Positions 12,624 through 27,468 of a stretch of DNA of 64,000 nucleotides are shown in pieces (positions within the stretch are counted from its first letter, which is position 1; every line of letters starts with the position of its first letter). Location: the NCBI RefSeq assembly GCF_006345805.1, contig NC_042997.1:161324001-161388000 (forward strand), given 5' to 3'. The notes below the pieces were generated by a model that was not told the DNA's origin, did no database searches, and saw only the letters and a list, made by a program, of their open reading frames with translations. Position numbers and translations under genes: made by a program. Source of the stretch: Octopus sinensis (Eukaryota).

Positions 12624-13357
12624 TGTAGTATTAGCGACATGGTATCTAGTTATGGCTCTGTACATTCTGAGTTCAAATCCTACCGCAGCTAATTTTGCCT
12701 CTCATTATTTCCAGGTCGATAAAATAAAGTACTAGTCAAGTACTGCGATCAGTTTTAGTTAACAAAACTCACCCCTTCAAATGTACTTGTATTTATTTTA
12801 GAATAAAGATTGTCTAATATTTTAGTAACACATTTTCGATAAACAAAGTAATAGTGATGGATTCGAATAATTTAATATTGCAATTAACCATTTTCAAATA
12901 ATGATCCGTCTGTTATGGGGTTTTTTCTTTCACAAGAACGGTAATCTAGTCCTAAAAATACCGCAATGAAGTTCAGTTAAAAACAGAAACCGTAAAACCA
13001 ACTTCTTAGTGAACAGCATCTTTGTGAAAGCATAAAACGGAATTCATTTTCGATGATTTATAAATAGCTGTCGTTTTCATTTTAAATGTTTCAGTATTAA
13101 CCTGCAGTTACGCTGGAAGTCACGCCTTGAAGAATTTTAGTCGAATCTATTCCAGTACTTATTCGTTTTTTAAAGCTTGGTATTAATTCTATCGTTTTTT
13201 TTTTTTTTTTTTTGGAGGGTTTTTTGCCCTACCGCAAAGTTACAGGGACATAAACACACCGAGACCGGTTGTCAAGCGTTGGTGAAGAGAACACACACAT
13301 ACACACGCACGCACACACACATACATACATACATACATACATACATACATACATACA

Positions 13358-13391
<34 letters not shown>

Positions 13392-14039
13392 CATACATAC
13401 ATATTAATAAAGAAAAGAAAATATGAACCTGATGGAATTACAGATCTTTATTAAACAGGATTACGATTGTCTCAATAGTTAGTAGAACCATTCTATGAAT
13501 TTACACTTTTGTATATACATATGAAATTATGCAATGAAGGTGCCACCAGCTACCCCTTCGTATTACATCAGATTTGTATTATAAATTTAAACTGGTAAGA
13601 ACTGATGGTTCCCAGTACCCTGGTAACTGAGTATTGAATGGATGTGCATTTTTTTTCTTTATAAGCCAACATGTAAATTGATGAAATTATTCCACTAACT
13701 ATTGAAAGGATCGTAACCATTTAATTAAACTGCGCTATACCACCAGCGTTGTACCTTTCTTTACTGATATGCACTGCGGTGTGTTCACCAACTACTTAAC
13801 TGTTAAATTTCCTTGGATTTTCACTCTGTATAGAACACCGTACAGATTAAATGTCTATGAAAGCTGAATTTAATCCATATACATTCTATTAACCAAGACT
13901 TCGCATAGAATGTTGAATGAGGTATCCTCCCAGATTTTCTAAGTTTCTACTTTCTATTGTTACATACATACATGCATTCATACATATACACATGCAATCA
14001 ATCACATTATTGCCAAGTACGGGATAATATCTTTGCATA

Positions 14040-14520
14040 AGACATGATGAGATGGCCTGAAAGGAAGTACCAACAAAGTTGGGTATGTTGATATAGGTCT
14101 AAAGAATGTTAGTGGGACTTCAAAATAAAAGCAATCACCGAGTTAGAATTAACCAGCTAGATATTACGTAGGATCTCAAGAAAAAAATCTATGCTTTGTT
14201 GTGGAAATCAGCTGCCCTCTGGGAACTGTGTTCAGGGAAATACCGGATGGAGAGGAATGCTTATGGAACATTGATAAGATGTTTGAAAATGTAATACCAT
14301 AGTTTCATTCCTGTTGTTATTGGAGCAATAGGATAAATACCAACCCAACTGTAACAAAGTATTGCTGATCTTGGCTGCTTGGAAATACAGTTCTTTAATT
14401 CATACGCTACAAACGATCACGATAACTGGAACAATAAAAATTTGCTTGACATTTTTATGATTTAAAGGGTGACGATTAAAACAAGATGATTTCCTTCACG
14501 ATCTTGCTGCTACAAAATTA
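14040..14520 (+). mobile_element. Degenerate R4/Dong-like LINE 3' remnant
   Basis: WDFKI (~14113), VEISCP (14201-14218), FIPVVIGAIG (14304-14333), with stops and frameshifts between them. Confidence 0.65.
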
Positions 14521-14533
14521 AGTCTGAGAGAAA

Positions 14534-14569
<36 letters not shown>

Positions 14570-14581
<12 letters not shown>

Positions 14582-14935
14582 GGCAGTTTGTCTGTGTGTG
14601 TTTCTGTGTGTCTGTTAGGTTGTACCCTCACCCTGACCACGGCTTTCAACCGATTCTGATGAAACTTGACACACACATAGCCCAATGTCATAATTCAAAA
14701 CTAACGCAGCGAAAATTTTGAAAAGTTCCCCCAGTTCTGAAAAAAATCGATAAATTCGACATGGGGTCGAGAATCAGAAACACAAACCACAGACTGTCTA
14801 GGGGACGCAACTCGACCTTTTTAACTAAAAAAAAATTTACCATCATTTTTTTTCCATTTTTTGCCTATAACTCACTAAAAATGCTTTATAGTTATTTCCC
14901 TTACAAACCCGAGCAACGCCGGGCGATACTGCTAG
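14570..14935 (+). mobile_element. Non-autonomous Helitron
   Basis: 5' end merges into (TA)n ('tatatataaacggc'); internal 'ttcaaccgattctgatgaaacttg'; 3' hairpin CCCG-AGCAACGC-CGGG (14908-14923) followed by CTAG|T at 14932-14936. Confidence 0.8.
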
Positions 14936-14974
14936 TATATATATATATATACACGAAATACTTCCGTTATATTA

Positions 14975-15220
14975 ACTACTCTCTTTACTCTTTGACTCTT
15001 TTACTTGTTTCAGTCATTTTCTGTGGCCATGCTGGAGCACCGCCTTTAGTCGAGCATATTGGCCCCAGGGCTTATTCTTTGTAAGACTAGTACTTATTCT
15101 ATCGGTTTCTTTTGTTGAACCGCTAAGTTACGAGGACGTAAACACACCAGCATTGGTTGTCAATCGATGTTGGGGTGGACAAACACAGACACACAAACAT
15201 ACACAGACATACATATACAT

Positions 15221-15252
<32 letters not shown>

Positions 15253-15406
15253 ATATATATATATATATATACGACGGACTTCTTTCAGTTTCCGTCTAAC
15301 AAATCCACTCACAAGGGTTTGGTTGGCCCGAGGCTATAGTAGAAGACACTTGCCCATGTGGGACTGAACTCAGAAGCAAGCTACTTACCACACAGCCAAT
15401 CCTACG

Positions 15407-15410
<4 letters not shown>
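14975..15410 (-). mobile_element. tRNA-derived SINE family A
   Basis: Reverse complement of the 7045-7445 element, with a deletion in the head. Confidence 0.85.
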
Positions 15411-15456
<46 letters not shown>

Positions 15457-18400
15457 TGGAAAAAGGAAAATTCTGCAGCATTTATTGTTATTGATGGGGA
15501 TGATCGTTTGCCAAATTTTATACTTACCAAGCGTTATATTTGGGATAGTTATTTTGAAAAACAAATACATAAACGTGAAATATAGTAAATATTACTTTAA
15601 AATATATTTTCCCGTGTGAAAAATTAATAAGATAGTTTTTGCTTTAGTTCTTTGGTGAAGGAATTTTATACAATAATCCATGAGTCGAGTCACTGACAAT
15701 ATTTTCTTAAATCAATTCAATGAGGAGCTCACTTGACACTTCCTCTCCAGAAAGAAATATATTTGCTAAATAAATGTCACATATTTTCTTAAATATTTTT
15801 AATACTCAGGATGTACAGAAAACCTGGACACTGTGAAGGTGGATCCTTTTTGTGTTGTGAAATACCGATAAATAGTAAAAGTGTTTCCGAGCAAAATTCA
15901 TTACCCATCAGCATCAGCAATTTGTTCATAATTTTACTTATTGACCTTCGGCATGAAGTAAGCATGCCGAAATTATTTCGAAATATATTTATTATATATA
16001 TATATAGTTTTAGTTTTTTAAGTTGCAATTATTACAGAGCCGCTAACATTAAAACATTCAGGATGACTAATAGACACTAGACTAAGTCATATGTGTGTGT
16101 ATGTATATTTGTGTGTCTGTGTATGTTTGTATGTGTGTGCGAGTGTGCGTGCATGTGTGTGTGACATATAAAAAAGGCTTCTTATTAGCATTGGAAGATG
16201 ACGACTAATTCTATATGATCAAATGATGTGTGTGTGGTGTGTGTGTATATACATATATATATAAACAAGAAACTGATGCTTATTCAATGACATCTATATT
16301 TTTATGTTCTTCCTTCATTGTTTAGAATATTGTAATTGATTAAATTTTGATTTGCATAAGCAATATACTTTCGAGAAACAATATCGCAACTTGTGTATTA
16401 GTTAACCACTGTAATCATACAGAACTAACGCGCAAAAATTGAGATGGTTAAAAGGATGGCTAATGGTAAAGATTAACTGAACATCGGCGAACGCTTAATT
16501 TTAATTTATGATTATATTCTTAACTTTATAGTTAATGCTTTTGTATTTGTGCTTTCTTATCTCATTTATTGCTTTCTTAGAAAACTTTTGTGATGAAACT
16601 GTTTTATTGTGTCCTAATTGCACATAATACTGTTTTAGATAAATATTCGTTAAGCTTCTGAACAAAAAAATTCCGTGTTAAACTTTTTTCTTCTTCAACA
16701 TTCTCTTTATTACTTTGCTATTCCTTATCATCAGGTTGGATATTTTCTTTTGTTCTAAAACAGCCTAAATCCTCATTAAAGATTTGTTAACAACTTGATG
16801 ACTCGAAGTGTTTTCATTTTTTCCTTTCCGAGGCTGAGCTTTTTAAAATACATTTCAAATCGGAAAAATGTATCTAGGCTTTCTCGTGTATTTTGGGAAC
16901 AATTTATTTATGTATTTAAATGATTATGCTTTTGAATTTCTGTTATTAACACAGAAAATTGTATTTGGTTTTAAACTTTTTGTGTATAACTGTGTTAACG
17001 CGTCAAGACAGATTGAAAATATAATATAATAAACTGTCAATTGCTGCACAAATATGTATAAAACATTCTTTGTAAACTTTTATCGACAATCAGTTATATT
17101 AATAAAATTGAAAATTTGTTGATTTCCAAAACGCTTTGTATTTCATTAACTATACGAAAAGAAAAACGTTGATATATTAATGAATCATTCACGTAATGAC
17201 TAAAGTACATCTTGACACATCATTTTCTTTGTAAAGAATAATGTAGATTAGTACACTTTTTGCATTTGTATTAGCAGTGAGTCTTAATGGGATGTTCTGT
17301 GATAATTTCCAATTTTCTATAAGTCCCTAAATAGATTGGTGTTATGATTAAACCAATATATCGACGTGTATGTAATACTGATCTTATGTAGTCATTAACA
17401 GCAACAAAACCCGTTCAGACAGAATGTCTGTTTTAACTATTCTAAGCTATGTTAAGCCTTTTTATGTAAGGATGTCTGTATTAAGTTGCAACCTTTTACT
17501 AGACTTAGTGAGATTATATATAACATTTTAGTTCTTCTTGATTACATTATCTATAATGGAAACTTTGTGAATTTAGACTCCGCATCAAATTTTAAAGAGA
17601 GGCTAAATATGTATCCGTATTTATTCATAATTTATGTTGTGTTGGTTTTCTTGTAATTAGTGTTTGACAGTCAACCTTGCCCTAATATGCAAATGAGTTG
17701 TACCTGATGCAATTGTATTACAATTTTAATAATTGGTTTTGAACTACTTCATGCGAAATCTTGAGAGTTTATTGATTACAAATCAATAATAACGAAACTC
17801 TGCCCTGGTTTCCCATTGACACTTAATGTAATGAATAGGACTTTTTAATATTATTTTACTCCCTTAATTCCATAGAATGTTATCAACATTAAAATGACAA
17901 TATCTCTCCAGCAAAAAACAAAGAAAAAACAAATAGCAAACCAATCATGCATATAGATAGTACTGAGAAAACTGTTATCAATAAAACTAATATGAGAAAA
18001 AAAATAAATAGCATCGAAATTGTCCAATATTTTCCTAGTTGATCATCAATCGTGTTACAATTCACTATAATTGAAGATTTATAAAATTCACTTCACCTGC
18101 CGTGAAGAAAATATAAATAATGGTATGAACAGAAACTAAAAAAAATGCTGATTAATACCCGGATCAAGCGTTACTAATTTAGTTGTATTCTTCTCAATAT
18201 TATGAAATCTTGATACTTGATGTCAGAAATTCTTGAAGGTTTTAAGATAAGAATACTTGTTTTCTTCACTGAACAGTAAGACAATTTAGAAAAATTGATC
18301 AGGTAAATTTCACAGGAGGTAAAGATATTTAAATTAATGGAATTTATTTAGATAACCAACCCAAAGATAATTCGGGAATCTTCAGTGATATTACGATTTC

Positions 18401-19344
18401 CCATTTTCATACTCAAATCAACAGTTTAAAAAAGTAACATGAGGAGCCGAATAAATCGGTCAATATCAAAAATACTTTTGTAGCTATCAAAACTGATAAG
18501 TTTTAATAGTATATTCAAACCATATTCTAAAAAGACCAGTGTTGAAGCTATTCAATAATTTAATTGCTATGATTAGTTCTCCATTGTATGGTCTCCTTCA
18601 AACTCTTGATCTGATAATATAAGCTCTGTTTTCTTTTTACCAGTTCAGTTTAAACTTGAGTAAATCGATCAAAAGAACGAACAAGATATTGAAGCATCAA
18701 TTACAATGAACTGCACACTTTATGAGATAGTAGACTATTAAACAAATATCTTTTAGTAATTAATTTTGTGAAGTAGAGTGGTCTTCTAGAAAACTTGGAT
18801 GCTATTATTGTAAGGTAACTATGAACTGAACAAAATGTGCTGTATCAAAAAATTCATATGCGTGGAGGCACTTATTGAAGAACTGTGCTAACTAGAAACA
18901 GCATAAAACAATTCAAAAAGATTCCCTTTTCTCTTCTGACAAAAATTTCATTACAAAAATAAGATAAAGCCATTTTTCTTTGGAAGTGCAAAAGCAAATT
19001 CTACTCAAGTTGTTAATTTTCTGAAAATTTCAATGGTAATAGTAGTTGCTTTTTGCAACTTTTTCCGTAAAGTATTTGTGAATGCTTTTACGGATAATTC
19101 ATTAAGCATCCATTATAGCTGAAGTGATTGTCTAAATCGAAAATAGTGGGTAGTTATGTTTATATATGGTTCTTGGAGTTCGTCATAAAGTACATTGATT
19201 TGACATTATTAGATTACAATATTACTTTGAATATGCAAGTGAAAATATTAGAAATAAAAATATATGAATAGCTGGAAAAGTAATAAAAATGAATTTAGAG
19301 TATATTTTATCTCATTTATCTCTCTCTATATATATATATATATC

Positions 19345-19628
19345 GTCACTGTCACCGTGACCGACCAGGCTATCAGATGTTGCTACACATTGCTGGTCAC
19401 AATGCGCTTCGCATTGTTTTAGCCTTCAAATAACGCCACCCCGCTGGCTAAGCGAGCAGGCCAACAGAAGAAAGAGTGAAAGTTGTGGCGAAAGAGTACA
19501 GCAGAGATCGCCACCACCCTCTGCCGGAGCCTCTTGGAGCTTTAGGTGTTTTCGATCAATAAGCACTCACAACGCCCAGTCTGGGAAATGAAACCCCGAG
19601 TCCGCTACCCACTGGGCCATTGCGGCTT

Positions 19629-19630
<2 letters not shown>
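19345..19630 (-). mobile_element. tRNA-headed SINE (further family)
   Basis: Minus strand starts GAAGCCGCAATGGCCCAGTGGGTAG (A-box-like); GC-rich body between TA arrays. Confidence 0.6.
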
Positions 19631-19685
<55 letters not shown>

Positions 19686-20061
19686 TCATCATCATCATTT
19701 AACGTTCGGTTTGACTGAAAATTGGTAAGCCGGAGGGCTGCACCAAGTTCCAATCTCATTTGACAAAGTTTCTATGGTTGGATGCCCTTCCTAACGCCAA
19801 CCACTCCGAGACTGTAGTGGCTGCTTTTTTATATGCCTCTCGCATGTGTGGTATTGACCTGACACTGGCATCGGCCACGACTACAGTCTCACTCAGCTTG
19901 ACAGGTGTACACAAGCACAGTATATCGCCAAAAATCTTGATGGCCTGTCACCGCTTCCATGAGGCCCAATACTTGAACGGTGTTTTTTACATGCCATCGA
20001 TACGGGTGCGAGTGAGACGGCACTGGCATCGGCTACGACATATATATATATATATATATGT

Positions 20062-20101
<40 letters not shown>

Positions 20102-20274
20102 TATATATATACATACATACATAGGTATATGCAGACATACATACAGTATACATATACACATGCATATAATGCCCCACACAAATTGGGAATGGTATCGCCA
20201 GCTACCAAATGACAATAAGCCGATCCTTAAATTTGAATTGGTTTTAATAAATTCTCTACGTTCGTTAGGGTTGT

Positions 20275-20500
20275 TGTTCTGGCAGAAACGTTAGCACGCC
20301 AGGCGAAATGCATACCCGTATTTCGCCTGCCGTTACGTTCTGAGTTCAAATTCCGCCGAGGTCGACTATGCCTTTCATCCTTTCGGGGTCGATAAATAAA
20401 GTACCAGTTTCGCACTGGGGTCGATGTAATCGACTTAATCCCTTTGTCTGTCCTTGTTTGTCCCCTCTATGTTTAGCCCCTTGTGGGAAATAAAGAAACA
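20275..20500 (+). mobile_element. tRNA-derived SINE family B
   Basis: Near-identical to the 10838-11069 unit. Confidence 0.85.
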
Positions 20501-23500
20501 AATACTTGTAACTACTGATATATGAAAAAGGTCAGTCCAGGCATGAGGACCTCATCTATCCAGGAATACGTAGGACTACATTATCCAAAGTGTCTTTCTC
20601 TATTTTTTTCTTATATAAATATGGGTTGCTATGTTCAAACTCAAATCAGTTATTGGAAATATAAACACATACTAAGAACACCAAGAAAAAAGATTGCTAA
20701 AAGACATTTTTCCTTTACAGTATTACGCTGCAAATTGTTAATCATAACAGTTCGTTTTATTAATTAAATAAGCTTTATTTACGGGTAAATGACACTGGTC
20801 TTTCAGCAATTTTACATTTTTAAAGTTGAATAGCATTTGCTCATTCGGGTGTACTGATTCCGAATATAGAATCAGTTTTATACGACACGTTAGTTTTAGT
20901 TGCTAAACACTATAAGCCAGAAATTACCTTTTTTTTGGCGTTTTAGGAAAATTACTGATATTATATATGCTTTATTTCAAACCATTCTATTTATTTTAAT
21001 TAAAGCAGCATCCACAGCACTTTTTTCTTATGAAAGTGGAGTTAATTTCTTACGAATCCTAAACGCCACAGCCACCTAATTACTATATTACAATGGAAGA
21101 ATCAGAGAAGCAAACTCAAGGCAATATGCTAATAATTGTTTATAATTTAAGCACAAAGTCCAAGATTTTGGTGGAGGAAGAGGTAGTTCACATCACCAAG
21201 CTTGGTACTTGTCTGATATTTTATTTTATGACCCCAATAAGAGGAAAGGCAAAGTAGGGCTTAGCAGAGTTCGAACTTAGGACGTAAAGAACCAAGGTAT
21301 TTCCCAACGCTCTCATGAGTCAGCTTAGCCATCCCTCAAATAATTCTTCCTACCAGGAGTAAACGATCCAAAATTTTTAAGGAGGAGTTTAGTCTATTAA
21401 ATCGACCCTAATTATTCACAGATGTTTTATTATATCAGCTGTAGAGGGATGAAGATTAAAGTTGGCCTAGGCAGAATTTGAACTCAGAACGTAAATAGCT
21501 GGAAGAAATACCGCAAGGAATTTTGCCCAACAGTTTAACTAGTCTCCTAGTCCACCACCATAAAATAGGGTTAAAACGCTTCAGATAATAACTACAGCAC
21601 TATAGTTTGTTGTATATACACTACAGTGTAAGAAGATGCTTCTGTATCAGTTTCTTTAGGAAAAAGAGTAAGTATTTAACATATGTTCTAAAGATAAAGA
21701 AAATATAAACTGACAATTGTTATTAACTGAGAAAGATTGTATAGTAGATAAATTCTTTCATGTAACAAAAAAAAAACCTATAAAATTTGAAATCCTAAGA
21801 CAGTAAGACAATAGTTTGAAATGTATCTTCTGTAGGCAATTTTCCTATTTTTATATACTGAAAAGCAAATATACTTCTCATGAAGAATAGTATGTAAACT
21901 TTGAAAAGTGATGAGAATGGAAAACAGTATAAAATATGTTTCTGTTTTAGAGAGTTTTTTCAGATTAGTTTGTATGTAGTATTAACATACTAAGCTGCAG
22001 GTTTGTGCTTCCTTTTTATTTCAACATTAATTGCTTTTATCTCCAGGTGCTGAGACTCAACGAAAACTAAATTTTATACTGTATTTCTAGGTTCTTTGTA
22101 ATCACTAAGTCAAACTTCCAATTTATTTAGATAGGTACTCATGAGTGTAGAGAGTTTTCGCTTGACATAGATATCTTCAGTTATATTTGTGCATCCCTTA
22201 CAACAGCAACACAGGGGCAACTTGGTTACAGATTTTGTTAGATGTACATAGTCAAATGTTTTAGAGTGGGATAAGGCGATCAAAAACGAATGGGTTCTTC
22301 ACTCTACAAAACTTGCATTGTAAATCTCAGGAAATGACCAACTGTAAAGGAAAGAGAATAAGTATTGGTATAACAATGGTCTAGAGATAGTCCTCTTCAC
22401 AGCATCAAAATCAAAGCGAAAAGAGAATACTCAAACTTGCTCTCAATCATAAGACCTGTACATCATTGTGCCAAAGTCCCTGTTTCTGTATTTGGTAAGT
22501 CAGTTTTCATTGATAGAACTGAGTACTGTACACCATAGGGGAAGCAGTGAAGATGAAACTTAAATACAGCCTGCTAATACAAGGGTGCATCAGCACATCA
22601 GAAAGTCTCAGTTAAATAATTTATTGCATGATTTAGATCAATGGTTCCCAAATTTTCTCAGGCTGCCACCTCCTTGGCACTCATGCCACATACCTAGTCC
22701 CTCCCTCACCGCCACCACCACAAACATAGACCACTTTCTGCACCTAATTCAAAGCAACTGTATTTCACAAATAAAACCTAACCTAATTAACCTGTTATTT
22801 TGTTGTTTTGAAATTAACAGAACTGGTTACTATATTCACTGACCATGAATTGAACATCAAGTATAATGAGGTATCAAGTATGGAAAGGTAATGTTACAAT
22901 GATAATGAAGCCAGAACATTAATTTGAATGATTAAATCCGACTTTGTGGACTCAGTAGTGATATATTCTGCATGTATAAACTAAAGCTAGAAAGAAATGC
23001 AAAATTTTATATAAAGCACACTATTAACATTACCATTATTTTGTGACTTACTGGAACAAAAAGACTTTATTATATCGCCAATCTATAACCAGTTTTTTTT
23101 CATATTACATATATTTGGATATGATTATTGGTTTCTTACAGAGCAACACTGCCAAACATTTCTCAAGGAGGTATATAATCAATTCAGTCAACCACTCTCA
23201 CCAACTAGTAGTTGTCTTGTTTCTATTTTACCAATTCGTGTGGTAAGTTAAAAATTGACCTTGCAAGAATTTCATTTTGTTCTTTGCTCAAGCAATTCTG
23301 CCAATCTGCTGCCTGCCCAACCATTGGATGTATTTATTATTTTCTTATATTGGTACAATACCAGAAATTGAGAGAAGGGAGCAGCCAATTATACTAATTC
23401 CAGTACTAGCTTGCTATTTATTTTATTGACTCAAGAAGGGTAAAAAATAAAGTCATTGACATGATTTGAATTCAGAACATAAGGGGCCAAAATTAAATAC

Positions 23501-24804
23501 CACAAGGCACTTTGTCCATCACTTACTGATTTTAACAATCCACCACTCTATGGTTGGACGTAATTATTGAATGCACCCACTTTATAATGAGAATCTTCAA
23601 ATAATTCAAACAATCTAAAATTGCATATTAAAACAAAATTTTCAAAAGAACAAAAAAAGTAGAAAAATTTCATAGCAAGACAAATGTTTAATCAGAGAAA
23701 TTTAAGACTTCATCATCAACAACATCAACAACAAAAACAACAACAATAACAATAAAAATTCCTTCTTTTTTTCTTTTCTTTTCTCTTCTTTTCTGTATCA
23801 TTTACAGTTTCTTTCATCCAGAAACAAATATTGAAAAATCAATAAAACTTTCAGTTGCATTAATTCTAAGCATTGGTTTATAAATTATCTATTATCTTCT
23901 GGGATAAACAAACACTAAAATATACTTTCAGCTAAAAACATCACACAGAAAGTTTCCACAATTTTAGCTTGAGAGTTAATTACATTCTAACTGTAAATGA
24001 AACAATAAAAATCCATAAAATGTAAGATTATAAATGAATAATTAAAGCACATTTGGATATAATCCTATATAGAAATATGACTTTTGAGGAGGAAAAGGGA
24101 ACAATTTTTTTTATTATATTGTGTGTTTAATCTGATAATCTTGGCAATGAAACCAATAAATATTGCAGTATTCATCACCAATAATAATCAGTATTATCAG
24201 TTACAATGGAAGATATCTGAAAAAGAAGAAAAACAAAACTTAGTTATTCTGTTGAAAAAAGTGATCGATTTGAAAGTAAGTTACATGAAATATTAAAAAC
24301 AAAAAAAGGCACATTTTTACACATTTATATTTATGACAGAATTTAAGCTTTTTTTTTTACTAGGTACATATATTTGTAATAAAAAATGGATATTGTAATT
24401 GGAAGTCATTATAAAAATATTAAACCATAGTAGAATGTGTGCTAAAAGTTATGAAGGTTTAGATATAAAATATTTTTAAAGTAGCTTTGTATGCATATAA
24501 CGAAATATTTTGTATGAAAGTAGATAGACAACTGACAACAATGATATATTTATCAAATCACTTAAATAAACATTGCTTAATGGTTTGTATTATATAATAC
24601 CAAGCATCTTCATATCACATATAAGATAGCTATCCATCCCATGAGGCAAAATTTGAAATTCATTTACTAAAGCAAAATAAATACTCGCAAGTTATAGAAT
24701 TACAGTTGTTACAGGAAAAAAACAGTTTCATTAGATAAAGTTTAGCTGAAGGTAAAGTCACAAAGCCTAATAAGGTCTGATAAGCAATGAAAAACAGGCA
24801 TTGA

Positions 24805-24811
24805 ATAATGG

Positions 24812-24859
<48 letters not shown>

Positions 24860-24871
24860 CGACGACAACGA

Positions 24872-24903
<32 letters not shown>

Positions 24904-24990
24904 ATGATGATGGTGGTGGTGATGATGGTGGTGGTGGTGGTGGTGGTGGTGGTGGTTGTGGTGGTGGTGGTGGTGGTGGTGGTGGTAGTG
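24805..24990. repeat. Compound (GAT)n(GAC)n(GGT)n microsatellite
   Basis: Direct reading; a similar array lies at 30885-31080. Confidence 0.95.
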
Positions 24991-26180
24991 GATTATAACT
25001 GTCATTGGGAGACACCATAGGGAAACCAAAAGACAGTGAATGCAAGTATTTGGATATTTTAGAACTAGGCAGTATTTTGCATACAGAAATGAAAGAAAAG
25101 GTTAGAGAGACATAGTTAGAAGAAGTGAAAATAATTTTAAAATCCAACCAGATTGCAAGAAATCTAATCACAGCAATGAATATCTGCATAGTTGCAGTGG
25201 TTTGATATATTGCAGCCATTGAAGAAATATCTAAGCTGGATAGAAAGACAAAAAAGTTACTGACACTGTACAGAGCTTTACACCCTAGGCAAATATAAAT
25301 AGATTGTATAGGAAGAGAAGGAATGGTGGTAGAGGTCTCATCAGTGTGGATTACTTTATAAGGAGTGAAAGGAGAATGCTAGCAGAATATTTGGTAAACA
25401 ATGACAGAGGGTTGTTGCTATAAGCAATAGAATATATGGAAATAAATGCTGATGAAATGTTTGGTAAGGAAGAGTTTAAGCAAAGATTTGAAGGGAAGAG
25501 AAAAAGAGTTCAGGAAATGAAAATGCATGGTCAATTTGAAAGAAAAAGACTGGATTTCAAGGACAAAACAACATCACTGATATGGCTTATGCAAAGTGAT
25601 TTGAAGCATATCAATGAAAGCCTTATGATTGTAGCACAAGGGTAAGCATAACATCTACAAAACTTCAAACACCCAAAAATACAGACTCAGTGAAAAGAAT
25701 GTGGAAAATATAACCCGCTTGGTAAGTGTATGTGAGAGCTTAGCACATAAAGAATACAAGCAACACCATGGTGAAGTCTGTTTGTATCTTCATTGGCTTT
25801 TATGCAGTAATTACCAATACAAAGTAACAAAGAATTGATATGAACAATGTGTAACAAAGAATTGGTATGAGTATGTGTCTAGTAAAGTAATGCAGGAGGA
25901 TGGAAAAGCAACAATATTCTGGGATTATGAATTCTGGCTGATAGAGTAATTGAGCATCACCATTCAGACATGGTTGTATTGAACAAAAAAGCAAATAGTC
26001 TCAAATCATTGATGTAGCCATATGAGGTGAATATTGTGAATAAAGAGGTTGAAAACATCACCAAGTACTCTGAACTGAAAGTAGAGATGACAAAACTATT
26101 TGGAATGCAAGAAGGTAATGTAAAAGTGATACTAGTTGTGATCAGGGTATTAGTATTAATCTCATTGAAACTTCAGGACT
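24990..26180 (+). mobile_element. Degenerate R4/Dong-like LINE (RT end, zinc-knuckle region, REL endonuclease)
   Basis: KYLDILE...EMKEKVR, KLDRKTKKLLTLYRALHP, RLY...GGRGLISV, ESLMIVAQ, LAHKEYKQHH..V..YLHW, ILWD, EK..KYSELKVE, VKVILVVI; many stops and frameshifts. Confidence 0.85.
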
Positions 26181-26625
26181 ATTATTATTGAGTGAGAGAG
26201 CAATGCGTCCCATCAAAGTGACACTGGCATAAAATGTATGAAGCCCAGCATACCCAGCATCACTACCCATCTGATAAGGGTACACCAGGCACATGCATCA
26301 CAACCATATGTGTGCGACATGGTGATCTCATATCAAAATAAACAGCACATGACCTTGCAGGTGGGGCCCAGTTAGAATTTTCTTCAGGTTGAGTAACCCA
26401 TCCCACTCAAAAGGTGCCTGAATAAGGGTTGTTTAAGGACGTTGAATGAAACACCAATGTTTCCAAAGCTAAATTATCCAAACTCCAAAGAATTCCTCTC
26501 AATGCATGGCTATGATGCTCCCCTACTACTTCTGCTCATGATCAGGGATGCACATATCGTCAGCCACTGCTGGTTAAGGTCAAACAACGGTCAAGCAAAT
26601 TTGTGGTATTGAGCAGAATATTTGC

Positions 26626-26670
<45 letters not shown>

Positions 26671-27079
26671 CATCATCATCATCATCATACACAGTGCTTA
26701 GATGCATTAAAATTCAACAGAAAAGAGTAAAAGCAAGGACAATATGTCAAGTAAAAGAAGAAAGCAATGTTTCCCAAAATTATGTGCAGAGTACATGGAA
26801 TAAGACACAAAAAGACAGAAAACTGAACAGAAACAGCCATAGAAAAAAGAGTGCATATATACACCAGGAGCTGCATTGGCAAATTTTGGGAAACATGGAA
26901 TTTTCTAAGGATGCAGTATCCTAACAGCTAACAACAAATACAGGTAGCTTATTTCATGCTTTGAAAATTCTAGCCAAAAGCTAGTAAACTCAATCCAAGG
27001 TTTCAAGATATTACTTAACAAACAATATACTTGGTAAGAAATTTAAGGTTTAATTGCTTCAATTTAGTATTTAGTAAAC

Positions 27080-27242
27080 CAGTTCTATATTTAAGAGATG
27101 AGGAATTATGTACATTATTTACATTTGATGGATATTTGTCCCATCTTGTTTTTTGTCAACACAATGTTTAGGCTGATGTACCTTCCAGGTGTCTTGAAGA
27201 AACCTCAATCCTGAGTTCTTGTTCCTAAAGTATATTTTGATG

Positions 27243-27302
<60 letters not shown>

Positions 27303-27334
27303 TCACTGCCTGGAATCGAACTTGGAATCTTGGA
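27080..27334 (-). mobile_element. tRNA-headed, (AAT)n-containing element with a decayed hammerhead (inverted copy)
   Basis: B-box GTTCGATTCC (reverse complement of 27312-27321), (TAT)n, then GACAC-CT[deletion]GGAAGGTACAT-CAGCC-TAAAC-ATT-GTGTT. Confidence 0.8.
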
Positions 27335-27435
27335 GTTAAGAGTACTGGCTACTAACCCCAAGATTCCAAAGTTGATTCTAGACAGTAACCTAAATAATAA
27401 TAACAACAACAACAACAACAATAATAATAATAATG

Positions 27436-27468
<33 letters not shown>

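Noticed and set aside
13690-13950. Possible Tc1/mariner transposase remnant on the minus strand
   Set aside because: Only vague similarity (KIQGNLTVK); no DDE motif or terminal repeats could be identified.
15947-15971. 9-bp hairpin TTCGGCATG/CATGCCGAA
   Set aside because: Isolated and short; expected by chance in 64 kb; no terminator logic in a eukaryote.
22047-22090. Strong-looking splice acceptor followed by GAETQRKLNFILYF*
   Set aside because: No upstream partner exon or homology evidence; needs RNA-seq.
22639-22660. hAT/Charlie-like terminal sequence CAATGGTTCCCAAA
   Set aside because: No matching opposite end or 8-bp target duplication found.
27335-27392. tRNA gene (also the other tRNA-like heads in the window)
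   Set aside because: No complete cloverleaf or acceptor stem; all continue into SINE bodies.
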